Shown here: positions 1 through 9,528 of the stretch, in pieces
Layout: each line of letters opens with the position of its first letter
How positions within the stretch are numbered: position 1 is the first letter of the stretch
Origin: an uncultured candidate division Zixibacteria bacterium
Lineage (GTDB): Bacteria; Zixibacteria; MSB-5A5; GN15; FEB-12
Assembly: GCA_963735035.1 (NCBI GenBank)
Contig: CAVTJJ010000003.1
Location: forward strand, 192,001-256,000
Direction: 5' to 3'
Length of the DNA: 64,000 nucleotides
Notes under the pieces: model-generated
Told to the model about the DNA's origin: nothing
Databases searched by the model: none
Seen by the model: the letters and a program-made list of their open reading frames with translations, nothing else
Program-made: the position numbers and the translations under genes

Positions 1-1458
1 AGTCCTACGCAGTTGCGTGCCGGCTCCACTCATACGGTATCATTAAGGTATGATTTCAGAGGGCTTACCGGTCCATATCGCTGGCAAACGTCAAACGCCT
101 ATGAAGTGTATTCGCCCGATGGCGCGGACTGGGTAGATCTCTTGAGAGGAGATGGTCCGCTTATGACCACTCTTGGACAGAACGTCGCAAGATTCCGAAA
201 GTACTACACATCGACCGACAACGGTGTCCACTACACTCGGACCGCAGCAAACGGCGCAGTTCAGCCTGGCGGGAGCAGCAACTCCAATAGCCGTGCAGCC
301 TATTCAATCGTAGTTGTGGACGTTGACGGCACTGATGGTTTTGTCGGTGGTGTAAGCAACGGTATCGCCGTCACACTCGAATTCCAGACGCGTTTGGCAG
401 ACGTAGGTCGGCACATGTGTATTGACACAACCAATTCTTGCGACATGGTGGCTTGGGAATGGGCATCAGCCTCTCAGGCTGACTACCCGCAATGGGACAA
501 CGGCCTGGGTGTCAGCGGCCCACGCTGCTTTGAATTGGTAGATTCCCTGCTGGCTCCGCTGGGAGACGCCGACATCACGCGGGAAGCCGAATGCGCTCAT
601 GTGGGAAACATTGGTTCTTCCGGAAACGATGGTGCCCGAGTATTCCCGTCAGGCGACGGGTCTTCGGGCGGAATTCGTACGCAGCTTGAGAACGTGCTTC
701 TGGATAACGCGGGTGACGGCATTCACTTCAAGCTTCATGGGTATGTCAGCGAGCCGGGGAAATCGGAACTGAGCGGTATCACGACGCTCCAGGAAGTAGG
801 CATGGCGGGAGTCACCAATGTCAACGGCCAGATTCAGATTACGGCCAATTTCAATCCGATCGGTGATCCCAACGTCGAGTTCCGAGCCTGGGTATTGGCC
901 GCTAATCTCATGACGGGTCTCGCATCCGTGCCTGGCGGCGGCGTCATAGCGCAAGGGACGGCGGTATCAGGAAGCGCCAGCGTGGTTAACGTATCGCAGT
1001 TGGCCAACAATCCACCTTCATTCTCAATCAGATTCGACCGGCCCGTGCAATTCACCCTGGCGACAAACCCGCCGGTGCAATTGGCGGGCGACGAAATTCA
1101 CCTCGTCGCGACTAACGCCACCAGCTCCATAGCCGGTCTCGGTCCGGCCGATGTCACCGGCGAATACATAGGTTGGTTCGGAATGTGTGGTATCAAGACC
1201 GACGCTTGCTGTCTCGGTTTTGTCGGTAACGCCAACATGGATCCAACTGACGCCGTTACGATAGGTGACATTTCAGTCTTGATCGACAACCTGTTCATCT
1301 CCGGCGTGCCTTTGAATTGTCTTGAAGAAGCCGACGTCAATAGATCCGGAACGCTGCTTGATCCACCTCTTGGTCCGGAGGATATTACGATCGGCGACAT
1401 TTCGATACTGATCGACCATCTGTTCGTTTCACAGTTGGCCGTATCCTTATGTCCATAG
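1..1458 (+). CDS. Secreted/surface protein with C-terminal dockerin-like module (5'-truncated by window edge)
   Basis: Frame is open from base 1 (SPTQLRAG...). C-terminus CCLGFVGNANMDPTDAVTIGDISVLIDNLF...EEADVNRSG...DITIGDISILIDHLF...LCP is a duplicated Ca-binding-like repeat shared with 7 other ORFs here. Confidence 0.75.
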   Translation, partial: SPTQLRAGSTHTVSLRYDFRGLTGPYRWQTSNAYEVYSPDGADWVDLLRGDGPLMTTLGQNVARFRKYYTSTDNGVHYTRTAANGAVQPGGSSNSNSRAAYSIVVVDVDGTDGFVGGVSNGIAVTLEFQTRLADVGRHMCIDTTNSCDMVAWEWASASQADYPQWDNGLGVSGPRCFELVDSLLAPLGDADITREAECAHVGNIGSSGNDGARVFPSGDGSSGGIRTQLENVLLDNAGDGIHFKLHGYVSEPGKSELSGITTLQEVGMAGVTNVNGQIQITANFNPIGDPNVEFRAWVLAANLMTGLASVPGGGVIAQGTAVSGSASVVNVSQLANNPPSFSIRFDRPVQFTLATNPPVQLAGDEIHLVATNATSSIAGLGPADVTGEYIGWFGMCGIKTDACCLGFVGNANMDPTDAVTIGDISVLIDNLFISGVPLNCLEEADVNRSGTLLDPPLGPEDITIGDISILIDHLFVSQLAVSLCP

Positions 1459-1488
1459 AACCAGGTAGGAATAGCTGTTAGACTGATC

Positions 1489-1523
1489 GGCCGCCTCGTG
1501 TGATTCACGGGGCGGCCTTTGAT
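1489..1523. terminator. Intrinsic terminator hairpin between convergent genes
   Basis: GGCCGCCTCGTG-TGATT-CACGGGGCGGCC followed by TTT. Confidence 0.65.
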
Positions 1524-2920
1524 TATTGACGACTGCTGAGGCGGGCGAGTCCGTCTAACGCCGCGACTTTATACGCTTCAGCCAGAGTGGGATAATTGAA
1601 GACAGTCTCTATGAAATAGTCGAGATTGCCGCCCAGAGACATCACTGCCTGACCGATATGAATCAGCTCGGTAGCCCGTTCACCAATAATATGCACGCCG
1701 AGAATCCTTTTGGTGCCGGGTTCGAAAAGAATTTTCAGCATGCCGTCATGATCGTTAATAATCTGGCCTCGTGCCAGTTCATAGTAGCGAGCGGTACCGA
1801 CCGCATAGTCCTGGCCGGCGGCGGCCAGCGCCTGTTCGGTCTCCCCTACGATTGAGACTGCTGGAATGGTGTAGATACCAAACGGAAGCAGACTGTTCAG
1901 GCATGAGATGTCCCCCTTGCTGAAAGCATGCCGTGCCGCCAGACGACCCTGATCCATCGAGACCGACGCGAGCGACGGGAACCCGATGACGTCTCCCACA
2001 GCATAGATGTTTTCCACGGCGGTCTGGTACCATTCGTTGACTTTGATAAGCCCACGGCCGTCGGTTTCTATCCCGAGTGCCTCCAGCCCCAATCCCTCGA
2101 CGTTGCCGCATCGGCCGACTGCGAAGAGCAGGCGATCCGAGACGATCCGTCGTCCGGTGCGCAGCACCGTGACTGTTTGATCGTTTTCCACCGAGATCTT
2201 GTCGGCCTGCTCATTCAGGACCAGCGACACCCCATACTTGCGCATCAAGAACGAAAGGGCCTGGGCGATCTCATTGTCCAAGAACGGCAGAAGACGATCG
2301 CGGCTGTCGATAATCGTCACCTGAATCCCGAGATGCGAAAAGATCGAGGCATATTCACAGCCTACGACTCCGCCCCCGATAACGGTCAGCGAACGCGGGA
2401 TGATGTCCAGGTCGAGAATCGTTTCGGCGTCGTACACATACTTGCCGTCGAAATTGATATTATCCGGTCGAAATGAACGAGTCCCAGTGGCTATGATGAT
2501 CTTGTTTGCCTTGAGCAGCGGCGCGGAATCCTGACCTATGACCTGCACCGTCTGCGGATCGACAATCCGGCCATCACCGTAGATAACCTCGATTCCCAAC
2601 CGCGTCATGCTTTGCTGGATGATTTCAAGCTCTTCCCGGATGACCTGATCTTTGCGGTACATAAGTTCCCGGGGCGTGACGTTCAGATTAGCCGGCGGCA
2701 GGAAGTTATAGACCGAACGCTGGCGCAGACCGGCGATATAGACAACCGTTTCGCGCAGGGTCTTGGACGGAATCGTGCCGGTATGGAGGCAAACGCCTCC
2801 CTGGACGGAGCGACGTTCCACAAGGGCTACGCTCTTGTGCAGTTTGGCGGCTTCGTTCGCGGCTTTCTCACCGGCCGGGCCGGAGCCTATGATGACCAGA
2901 TCGTATTCTTTGTGCGCCAT
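1523..2920 (-). CDS. sthA: Soluble (Si-specific) NAD(P)+ transhydrogenase
   Basis: FAD motif GSGPAGEKAA; GGVCLHTGTIPSK lacks the second redox Cys; GGGVVG NAD motif; C-terminal FNYPTLAEAYKVAA typical of SthA/UdhA. Confidence 0.9.
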   Translation of the reverse strand: MAHKEYDLVIIGSGPAGEKAANEAAKLHKSVALVERRSVQGGVCLHTGTIPSKTLRETVVYIAGLRQRSVYNFLPPANLNVTPRELMYRKDQVIREELEIIQQSMTRLGIEVIYGDGRIVDPQTVQVIGQDSAPLLKANKIIIATGTRSFRPDNINFDGKYVYDAETILDLDIIPRSLTVIGGGVVGCEYASIFSHLGIQVTIIDSRDRLLPFLDNEIAQALSFLMRKYGVSLVLNEQADKISVENDQTVTVLRTGRRIVSDRLLFAVGRCGNVEGLGLEALGIETDGRGLIKVNEWYQTAVENIYAVGDVIGFPSLASVSMDQGRLAARHAFSKGDISCLNSLLPFGIYTIPAVSIVGETEQALAAAGQDYAVGTARYYELARGQIINDHDGMLKILFEPGTKRILGVHIIGERATELIHIGQAVMSLGGNLDYFIETVFNYPTLAEAYKVAALDGLARLSSRQ

Positions 2921-2956
2921 ATAAGTAATCCTACGCGACCAATTCGCAAATAAGAC

Positions 2957-4042
2957 TTACACTGAGCCTGCGTCGCTTATATCGACCGGTGCTCCGGTCG
3001 CTACCGCCGTTCCGGTGCCCGGCTGTTTCAGTCTCTCGACCTGAAGCCGAATCTGATCCAGCTCCAGTTTCGCTTTGTCAAACGCCGCAGTCAGAGTTCG
3101 CAGAGAACTTTCCATCCGAGTGTGCAACCGGGCCAGTTGCTCGGAAGTTTCAAAGAGCTGGTCGATTCCGGCGCGGAGCTGCCGACCGCTTTCGCTCATT
3201 TCGAGGCTGCTTGCGGAAATTTCCGAATGCAAGGCGGCCACGGTAGCGAGAAAAGCATATAGATGTCCGGGCGAACTCGGAATGACCCGTTTCGACAGCG
3301 CGTACTCGAAACCATCCTGATAGAGCTGCGAGATCAACTGATAGTAAATCGCTTCCGCCGGTATGTACATGACCGCGAAATCGAGCGTATGATCAGTCGG
3401 ACGGATATACTTGGCTGCGATGTCGTCGATGTGTTTGCGCAACGACTGCGAGAAGAGCTTTTGTAATGCGGCGTTGTCGGGCTCTTTCTGAAGGCGTTCG
3501 AAAGCTTCCAGCGGAAACTTAGCATCGATAGGCAAGAGGCGATCTGACAGCCTTACGACGGCATCGACTCGGAGCCCGTCGGCAAAACGATATTGTGTCT
3601 CGTACACCGCCGGCGGCAAAATCTGGCCGAGGATATTTTCCAAGAGCAGTTCTCCTACCGCGCCCCGCAGTTGCGGCGGTCGCAGCAGGTCGGACAGCGA
3701 CTGGATGTTCTTGCCGATGGCTTCGATATTTCCCGCCTGCATGGAAAGCTTGCCCAGTTGCCCTTCGAGCTCTCCCAACACCGCCATACGGCGATCAAGA
3801 CTAGAGGTGCCCTCGGCGAGCCGATCATTGATTATGCGATTGGCGGCGTCGACCGAATCGCGTAACGCAAAGATCGATTCAGTCTGCCGCGAAATGAGAT
3901 CAGCCTTCAGCAAGGCCATGGTGGATTCGATGCGTTCGGTGACCCGATCGGAATTTTCGGGTCGAATCCGAATGGCTATCCAGAACAGTACAAGAAGAAT
4001 ACAAAAACCGAGGATGAACAGAACGGAGGTCGGTATTTCCAC
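2957..4042 (-). CDS. rmuC: DNA recombination protein RmuC
   Basis: N-terminal TM helix and coiled coil; RGAVGELLLENIL, LPIDAKFPLEAF, HIDDIAAKYI, DFAVMYIPAEAIY motifs. Confidence 0.88.
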   Translation of the reverse strand: MEIPTSVLFILGFCILLVLFWIAIRIRPENSDRVTERIESTMALLKADLISRQTESIFALRDSVDAANRIINDRLAEGTSSLDRRMAVLGELEGQLGKLSMQAGNIEAIGKNIQSLSDLLRPPQLRGAVGELLLENILGQILPPAVYETQYRFADGLRVDAVVRLSDRLLPIDAKFPLEAFERLQKEPDNAALQKLFSQSLRKHIDDIAAKYIRPTDHTLDFAVMYIPAEAIYYQLISQLYQDGFEYALSKRVIPSSPGHLYAFLATVAALHSEISASSLEMSESGRQLRAGIDQLFETSEQLARLHTRMESSLRTLTAAFDKAKLELDQIRLQVERLKQPGTGTAVATGAPVDISDAGSV

Positions 4043-4055
4043 GCCGCGCCCTCGC

Positions 4056-5648
4056 TCACATCGGCAGCATGCGGTACTGCCCCTTCTGAGGAAGAATCCC
4101 GTTGAAAGCCGTCTTGCGGAACCGCACGGTCACCTTCTTTTGACCGGCGTCGAAGTATCCCTCCGACGGTGAAATACCGCAGATGTACTTGGCCAGGAGA
4201 AGGTTCGTGGCGTAATCGTACAGACCGGCCTCATTCTGATCGAAGCGAAGGCCAAAACGGTATCCCTGGAATTTCTGCTTATCACCGTATTGGTTTTCGA
4301 ACAACATCGAAACCTGTCCCTTAAGACCGTCGACCAACCCGAAAACCAGATTACCCTGGCAGAGCGTGTCCTTGGGATCCGCCGCAAATTCAAACGCGAG
4401 CCAGTCACCGTCATCGTATACAACTTCCCGACCGTCTTTGATCAGGGTCTGTTTACGATCTCCAACGCCCGCCAGAGCCATCTCGCTCTGTTGCTCGTAC
4501 TTCGTCAGGTATGCCTCGAACTCGGTCTTCAGTGCTTGCCAGTCTGCTACTTTTGTAACCGCCAGGATTTCAGCTTGAATATCGGGCGTGGTAAGCCCGT
4601 TCAGGCGGTCGAAGGGACCGGAAAGCCGACGATACAAATCGAGACAGCCGTCCATGCCGAGCTTGTCTTCAATGAAGGAATTAAATAGCCCGGCCACCGG
4701 ATAAGCGATATCAGCTCCCGAGGCGGTATCGAAACCGCGCATCGTAAAGATCGAATCCATGACGACCAGCGAATCCCTATAGAGAAAAACCGCCAGGTCC
4801 ATGAGCGGGGCTGGACCTTTTCCCCAGCGACCGGCCAGACTCGTAGCCAGACCTTCACGAAGGAACGGTAGAGTGTAGAGCGGCAGCTCCTGAAGACGAA
4901 TGTTTATCAACAAATGGGTCAGTTCGTGGAAGTGCGGAAAATCGGAAGAAATAACGTCATTGGAAGCAAGGTCCAGCGTGCCCACCACCCGGAACCCGGT
5001 CAGTTGCTCAACGACACTATCCGAAGGACAAAGAAAGTACTCAATCTTTGAAGCGGCGATTTGCTGCAAGAGCGAATCCGATATTCCTAATCTCTTAGCG
5101 GTCTGTTCTATGAAACGGTCGGCCTCAGCCAGAGAGACCGGATTCACGAATTTCCGGGCATCCTGATGAGCCCGAACCCGGAAATAGCGAGATTCCGTGA
5201 TCGGCCACGAGGCGGCATAGAAGTCCTGCGGAAAGCTGAACCAGAGCCAGTCACCTCTACGCTGCAGATAGTAATTGTACTTCATCAAAGTGCTGCCGTA
5301 TACGTCGGCGTACTCCAGACGATACCAGGCAGTTGAATCGAGGTCCTCGTACTTGCGGATGGATGCGGCGAGGTTGGGCTTGGCCTGATCGGGCATACGA
5401 ATGATGGGCGAATTACAGTCGGCCTTGATGCTGATATCGGTATAGTGAATGCCGAACCGGGATGAACGCTCAATGGCTTCGGGAGTCCACATATCTCCGG
5501 CGATGTCGTAGCTCCCGCTTGTGATAAGATCGAAATACTCGGATATGACCGGAATCGCGTCGCGGTAAGACTCATCGGCGGCCCCGGCGGTCACGGCTGC
5601 GGCGAGCCCGAAAGCGATCACGAAACCGAGTTGCTGCAATCTTGACAT
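4056..5648 (-). CDS. Secreted hypothetical protein, possible gluzincin (HExxH...EG) peptidase domain
   Basis: Signal peptide; HELTH followed by LREGLA. Confidence 0.6.
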   Translation of the reverse strand: MSRLQQLGFVIAFGLAAAVTAGAADESYRDAIPVISEYFDLITSGSYDIAGDMWTPEAIERSSRFGIHYTDISIKADCNSPIIRMPDQAKPNLAASIRKYEDLDSTAWYRLEYADVYGSTLMKYNYYLQRRGDWLWFSFPQDFYAASWPITESRYFRVRAHQDARKFVNPVSLAEADRFIEQTAKRLGISDSLLQQIAASKIEYFLCPSDSVVEQLTGFRVVGTLDLASNDVISSDFPHFHELTHLLINIRLQELPLYTLPFLREGLATSLAGRWGKGPAPLMDLAVFLYRDSLVVMDSIFTMRGFDTASGADIAYPVAGLFNSFIEDKLGMDGCLDLYRRLSGPFDRLNGLTTPDIQAEILAVTKVADWQALKTEFEAYLTKYEQQSEMALAGVGDRKQTLIKDGREVVYDDGDWLAFEFAADPKDTLCQGNLVFGLVDGLKGQVSMLFENQYGDKQKFQGYRFGLRFDQNEAGLYDYATNLLLAKYICGISPSEGYFDAGQKKVTVRFRKTAFNGILPQKGQYRMLPM

Positions 5649-5719
5649 GACTGATTACCCTATAGTGAATCGTTGGCGCCTATAATACAACTTTGTACCC
5701 ATCCTGTCCACTACCGATC

Positions 5720-5748
5720 AAAAAAAAGCCCCGCGGAGCGGGGCTTTT
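5720..5748 (-). terminator. Intrinsic terminator after the PorV-like gene
   Basis: AAAAAAAAGCCCCGC-GGA-GCGGGGCTTTT; long U-tract on the minus strand. Confidence 0.85.
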
Positions 5749-5766
5749 GATTTCAATACCCGACGG

Positions 5767-6765
5767 TTAGAAAGTGAAACCGACCGAGAATCGCTGGGTC
5801 GATTCGAGCCGTCCGAAGTCCTGCCAGGCATAGTCGATGATCAGCTTGGTGTCCTCCCCCAGAGGGGCAATCACACCGCCACCCAGGGCCAGGCCCTGCT
5901 CTTCGTAGCGGAATTTGTAGCCGCCACGAAGGAAGAACCGATCGAGATAGCCGAATTCGGCACCCATAGCGCCCCGCTGCTGACCGTCGTTCGGGTCGTT
6001 CAATTCGGCCGCGAGCGTTAGAGCCGAGGAGTTCCCGAATTCGAAGTCATAGGCCATGCCTACCCGGAACGTGAGCGGCAGACTGTAGGGACGGGTGGAT
6101 AATTCGCCCGTAATTGGGGCACTGGTCGTATCGCCGCTGTCGTCGTACCAACCGACTTTCAGGCTAGAGCCGGTGAACTTCAGGTCAGGCCCCATATTGC
6201 TGATCGACATACCGATCCGCAATGATCTGAAGCCGGTGTACAGCATGGTCCCGAAATCGAGTCCAAAACCGCTCGAGTTGACCTCGCCGATCTCCTCGCC
6301 CACATACTTGGCCGACATACCAAACGCAAACCGACTGGTCAACTGCCGGGCAAAAGACATCCCGATGGCGTACGAAGACACCCGGTAGCTGCTGCCGGTG
6401 CCCTCCTGCTGGGCGATCGTCGTGATCTCCTGATCTTTGGCCGAGAGAATTGCGACCGAAGTGCCGAACACACCCACGTCTTCGAAGGAATGGGCTACGG
6501 CGACATAGTTCATTTGAATATCCAGAAGCCAGTCGATGTTGGTGAAGACTAGCGACCAGTTGTCGACTCCGACCAGCCCGGCCGGATTCCAGTACGCGGC
6601 ATAGGCGTCGGTCGCAGTCACAACTCCGATGTCGGCCATTCCGAGATACTTCGAACCCATGCCGATCTTGAGAAACTGCGCTCCGGCGGAGCCACCGCTG
6701 TTACTGGCGGCTATCACCGATCCGGCCAGCATCACACATATCAGAAGGCTAATTAGGGTTTTCAC
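5767..6765 (-). CDS. PorV/PorQ-family outer-membrane beta-barrel
   Basis: Signal peptide, AQFLKIGMGSKYLGM, YWNPAGL, C-terminal RFSVGFTF barrel signature. Confidence 0.8.
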   Translation of the reverse strand: MKTLISLLICVMLAGSVIAASNSGGSAGAQFLKIGMGSKYLGMADIGVVTATDAYAAYWNPAGLVGVDNWSLVFTNIDWLLDIQMNYVAVAHSFEDVGVFGTSVAILSAKDQEITTIAQQEGTGSSYRVSSYAIGMSFARQLTSRFAFGMSAKYVGEEIGEVNSSGFGLDFGTMLYTGFRSLRIGMSISNMGPDLKFTGSSLKVGWYDDSGDTTSAPITGELSTRPYSLPLTFRVGMAYDFEFGNSSALTLAAELNDPNDGQQRGAMGAEFGYLDRFFLRGGYKFRYEEQGLALGGGVIAPLGEDTKLIIDYAWQDFGRLESTQRFSVGFTF

Positions 6766-6777
6766 ACCGTGCCTCCT

Positions 6778-9513
6778 CTACTTGACCACAGCAAAGCGAC
6801 CAAGCTTGTCGCCGTACTGAGATTCGACGTGATAGATATATATGCCTGAAGCAATCAGGCGCTGTTCGTCGCTCTGCACATTCCACTCCTCGGTGCCGGT
6901 GCCGTTGGTGTGCCTCAAGGTAGTAACCGGCTCTCCGCTGAGCGTGTATATCCGGATAGTGCACTGGTCGGGCAGATTCTGGAACTGAATCTTCGACTGT
7001 CCGTTCACAACTTCCCAGGTATCATGGGCATAGTACGGATCAGGCACCACCTTGATATTGCGCAACTGGGTGGAAGCTGCCGAGCTGATGATGCCGTCAG
7101 ACGAGAATTCAAATACGTCCGCAGGACTGTTCATTAGCGGACCCTGAATCGTAAAGACATCTCCGATCGACGGGTTGTAGATGTCTGCATCGAAGTTGAA
7201 CATCCAACTGAATTGGTACGGCCAAGCGTCCTCGAACGGATTCAATGCAGCGTCGTAGGGACGATCCACAATAATCAGCGGGTCCCAAGGATCCCACCCA
7301 TCAAGATCCCAGTCGTACACCACCAGCGCGACCCGTTCGTTGGTCGAGACATTCCACACTTCAAACGGGACTACCCAGGCCATCCCCAAACCTTCGCCAT
7401 CGCTTGCCGACGATGCCATGGTGCTGTCGCCCGAGTACCTCAACTCAAAAGTACTTCGATAAGGCTTGCTGCTATATATGACGCGTTCGAGTGCATCGGT
7501 AGCCAGACCGTAGAATCCTTCAGACGTAACCCGCAAAGTAGCCTCAGAGCCACCTATCGCCGTTTGTGTCATCGACCGAGGCACAGCATCTGCATTGCGT
7601 ACAGCTACGCGCATACCTTCAGTTATTTCTGACAAACCAGGGTCTTCGTTCTCCGCCGTCTGGTGGTCCAGAACGGTGTCACCCCTGGTCATATTTAGCA
7701 GGTGCCAGTAAGTCGCCTCCGGAGTGTCCTCAAAGACTACCTGATAATCATCGCCGCTGGTTTGCCCACGATCGAATACAATTGGTACCACGGATCCGGC
7801 TGAAGGTTCTCCAGCGCCGCTGTAATCGTGTCTGACGGTTCCTACGGCCTGGTAATAACCGGCCGGATCGGTACGCGGCGTAACAGACACAATATTAGAG
7901 GCCGAGCCGGGCGAGCCGAAACCGGTCTGCAATACATCGACACCGGTAGCGCTGGCCCCGGTGTCATACGCGACCAGGCAGTACCAGTACTCCATGCCAT
8001 TCACGAGGTTGGTGTCAATAAAGCTGCGCTGAATCGGGTTAGCCGGATTGGCTGCTGTGTATTTGGCGATTGGCCAGTAATCGAACTTCTGACAATCGTT
8101 GTGAGTGGTGTCGTAGTAGACGCCCCAGGTTCGACCGCGATCGATGCTCCGGTAGAGTTTGTAACCGGCAAAATCGTTCTCGCCGGAAAGCGGGTCGATC
8201 GTGTTCTGCGCGGTGTCATCCCACCTCAGATACACCTTCTCGTCCCCGGCCTGTACCGACAGAACCGGAGTATTGGGCGGCTCCGGACCAACGAAGTAAT
8301 TGTCGTACAATTCCTGAGCGAGGTCGGAATTGGCACGGAACTCCTCTTCCGTCTGGCCGGCTACAAGGGCATACACCACACGAACCGTACTTCCAGCCAC
8401 AAGGTCGATACCGCGCGTGCACTGGACGTAGTACTGGTCGGTCGGCGGTAAAGAAACGTCATATTGAGTGCCGTTGATCATGTCGAATTTGCCGGGGTCG
8501 TTATCAGGCAGGAGCGCCCAATCACCGGTGCGGAACGAGGTCATACCGCCGCCACCGGGCGTTTCGATATACTTGGTTCCCATGACACCAGCGGGGACAT
8601 CCCTGCCCCAACCTTCCTCATCAACTCCATCGGCCTCGTAGACCCAGGCGAGGCCGGCGGCGGAATCGGATCCCACCATGTCGCCCAGGCGTCCATTTTC
8701 GCCGGCGGGTGTGTAACCACCGATGTCAAAGTCGCAGTACAGACCAAACGCGAAGTTGTTGTATTCTTCCGTTGAAGTATTCGTGATCTCGAGGATAACG
8801 AACATGAAGTCTTCATTATAGCAGTAGTTCCACTGCAGCACCGTATGGGTCATTTCAAGCCCCAACAACGGCTCACCTGAAGCGTTGTCGGCAAAGCGAT
8901 AGTGTGACTCTTGCACCGAAACAGGTCCACCGCTGTAGAAACTCGAAGTTCCGGGATTGTAGTTCAGCGGGTACACCCATGCGGCCGAGTCAGCGCTCCA
9001 GATTTTCCAGCCGTGCGCGGGATTTCCGTTTCCAAGGCCAGTTGTATCGCTGCGGCTGTAATCATAATAACGAGTGGTGTCGGTTGAGAGCAGAATCAGG
9101 TTTTCCGAAGTCCCCGTTATCAATGAAGGCAGAGCCTGGAAATCCTCATACGTATCCGCGACCAGGGTGTCGCCGGAAGCGGTGACGGCACCCATCCAGT
9201 AGTTGATTTCAGCCAGATAGTTGTGCCCGGAGCCGCGCGGCCACTCGCCTGACGGATATCCGTAGTAGCGATGGTTTCCAATCATACCGTAGTTGTCAAT
9301 CGTGGTTGCGATATTGCCCTGATTCTGAACGATCATGTCGACAGTTGTCGGGGCGGGTGACCGAACCGGTCCGCCCGGATCGTTGCCGCCCGTATTGACC
9401 CCGGGGGGCGGAATCTTGTGAGACGGCGCGGCCGCCCAAATTGACGCAGTCGGACCTACGACCAGACTAAGCAGGGTCGCTGTAACAAACAAAAGGGTAG
9501 TTGTTTTTTTCAT
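6778..9513 (-). CDS. Large secreted protein with FN3-like domain and T9SS-type C-terminal sorting-like domain
   Basis: Signal peptide; FN3-like AGDEKVYLRWD...FAGYKLYRS...YWYCLVAYD; C-terminal NIKVVPDPYY...IQFQNLP..CTIRIYTLSGE...WNV...IASGIYIYHVES...GRFAVVK. Confidence 0.75.
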   Translation of the reverse strand: MKKTTTLLFVTATLLSLVVGPTASIWAAAPSHKIPPPGVNTGGNDPGGPVRSPAPTTVDMIVQNQGNIATTIDNYGMIGNHRYYGYPSGEWPRGSGHNYLAEINYWMGAVTASGDTLVADTYEDFQALPSLITGTSENLILLSTDTTRYYDYSRSDTTGLGNGNPAHGWKIWSADSAAWVYPLNYNPGTSSFYSGGPVSVQESHYRFADNASGEPLLGLEMTHTVLQWNYCYNEDFMFVILEITNTSTEEYNNFAFGLYCDFDIGGYTPAGENGRLGDMVGSDSAAGLAWVYEADGVDEEGWGRDVPAGVMGTKYIETPGGGGMTSFRTGDWALLPDNDPGKFDMINGTQYDVSLPPTDQYYVQCTRGIDLVAGSTVRVVYALVAGQTEEEFRANSDLAQELYDNYFVGPEPPNTPVLSVQAGDEKVYLRWDDTAQNTIDPLSGENDFAGYKLYRSIDRGRTWGVYYDTTHNDCQKFDYWPIAKYTAANPANPIQRSFIDTNLVNGMEYWYCLVAYDTGASATGVDVLQTGFGSPGSASNIVSVTPRTDPAGYYQAVGTVRHDYSGAGEPSAGSVVPIVFDRGQTSGDDYQVVFEDTPEATYWHLLNMTRGDTVLDHQTAENEDPGLSEITEGMRVAVRNADAVPRSMTQTAIGGSEATLRVTSEGFYGLATDALERVIYSSKPYRSTFELRYSGDSTMASSASDGEGLGMAWVVPFEVWNVSTNERVALVVYDWDLDGWDPWDPLIIVDRPYDAALNPFEDAWPYQFSWMFNFDADIYNPSIGDVFTIQGPLMNSPADVFEFSSDGIISSAASTQLRNIKVVPDPYYAHDTWEVVNGQSKIQFQNLPDQCTIRIYTLSGEPVTTLRHTNGTGTEEWNVQSDEQRLIASGIYIYHVESQYGDKLGRFAVVK

Positions 9514-9528
9514 ACCACGTGCTCCGGC

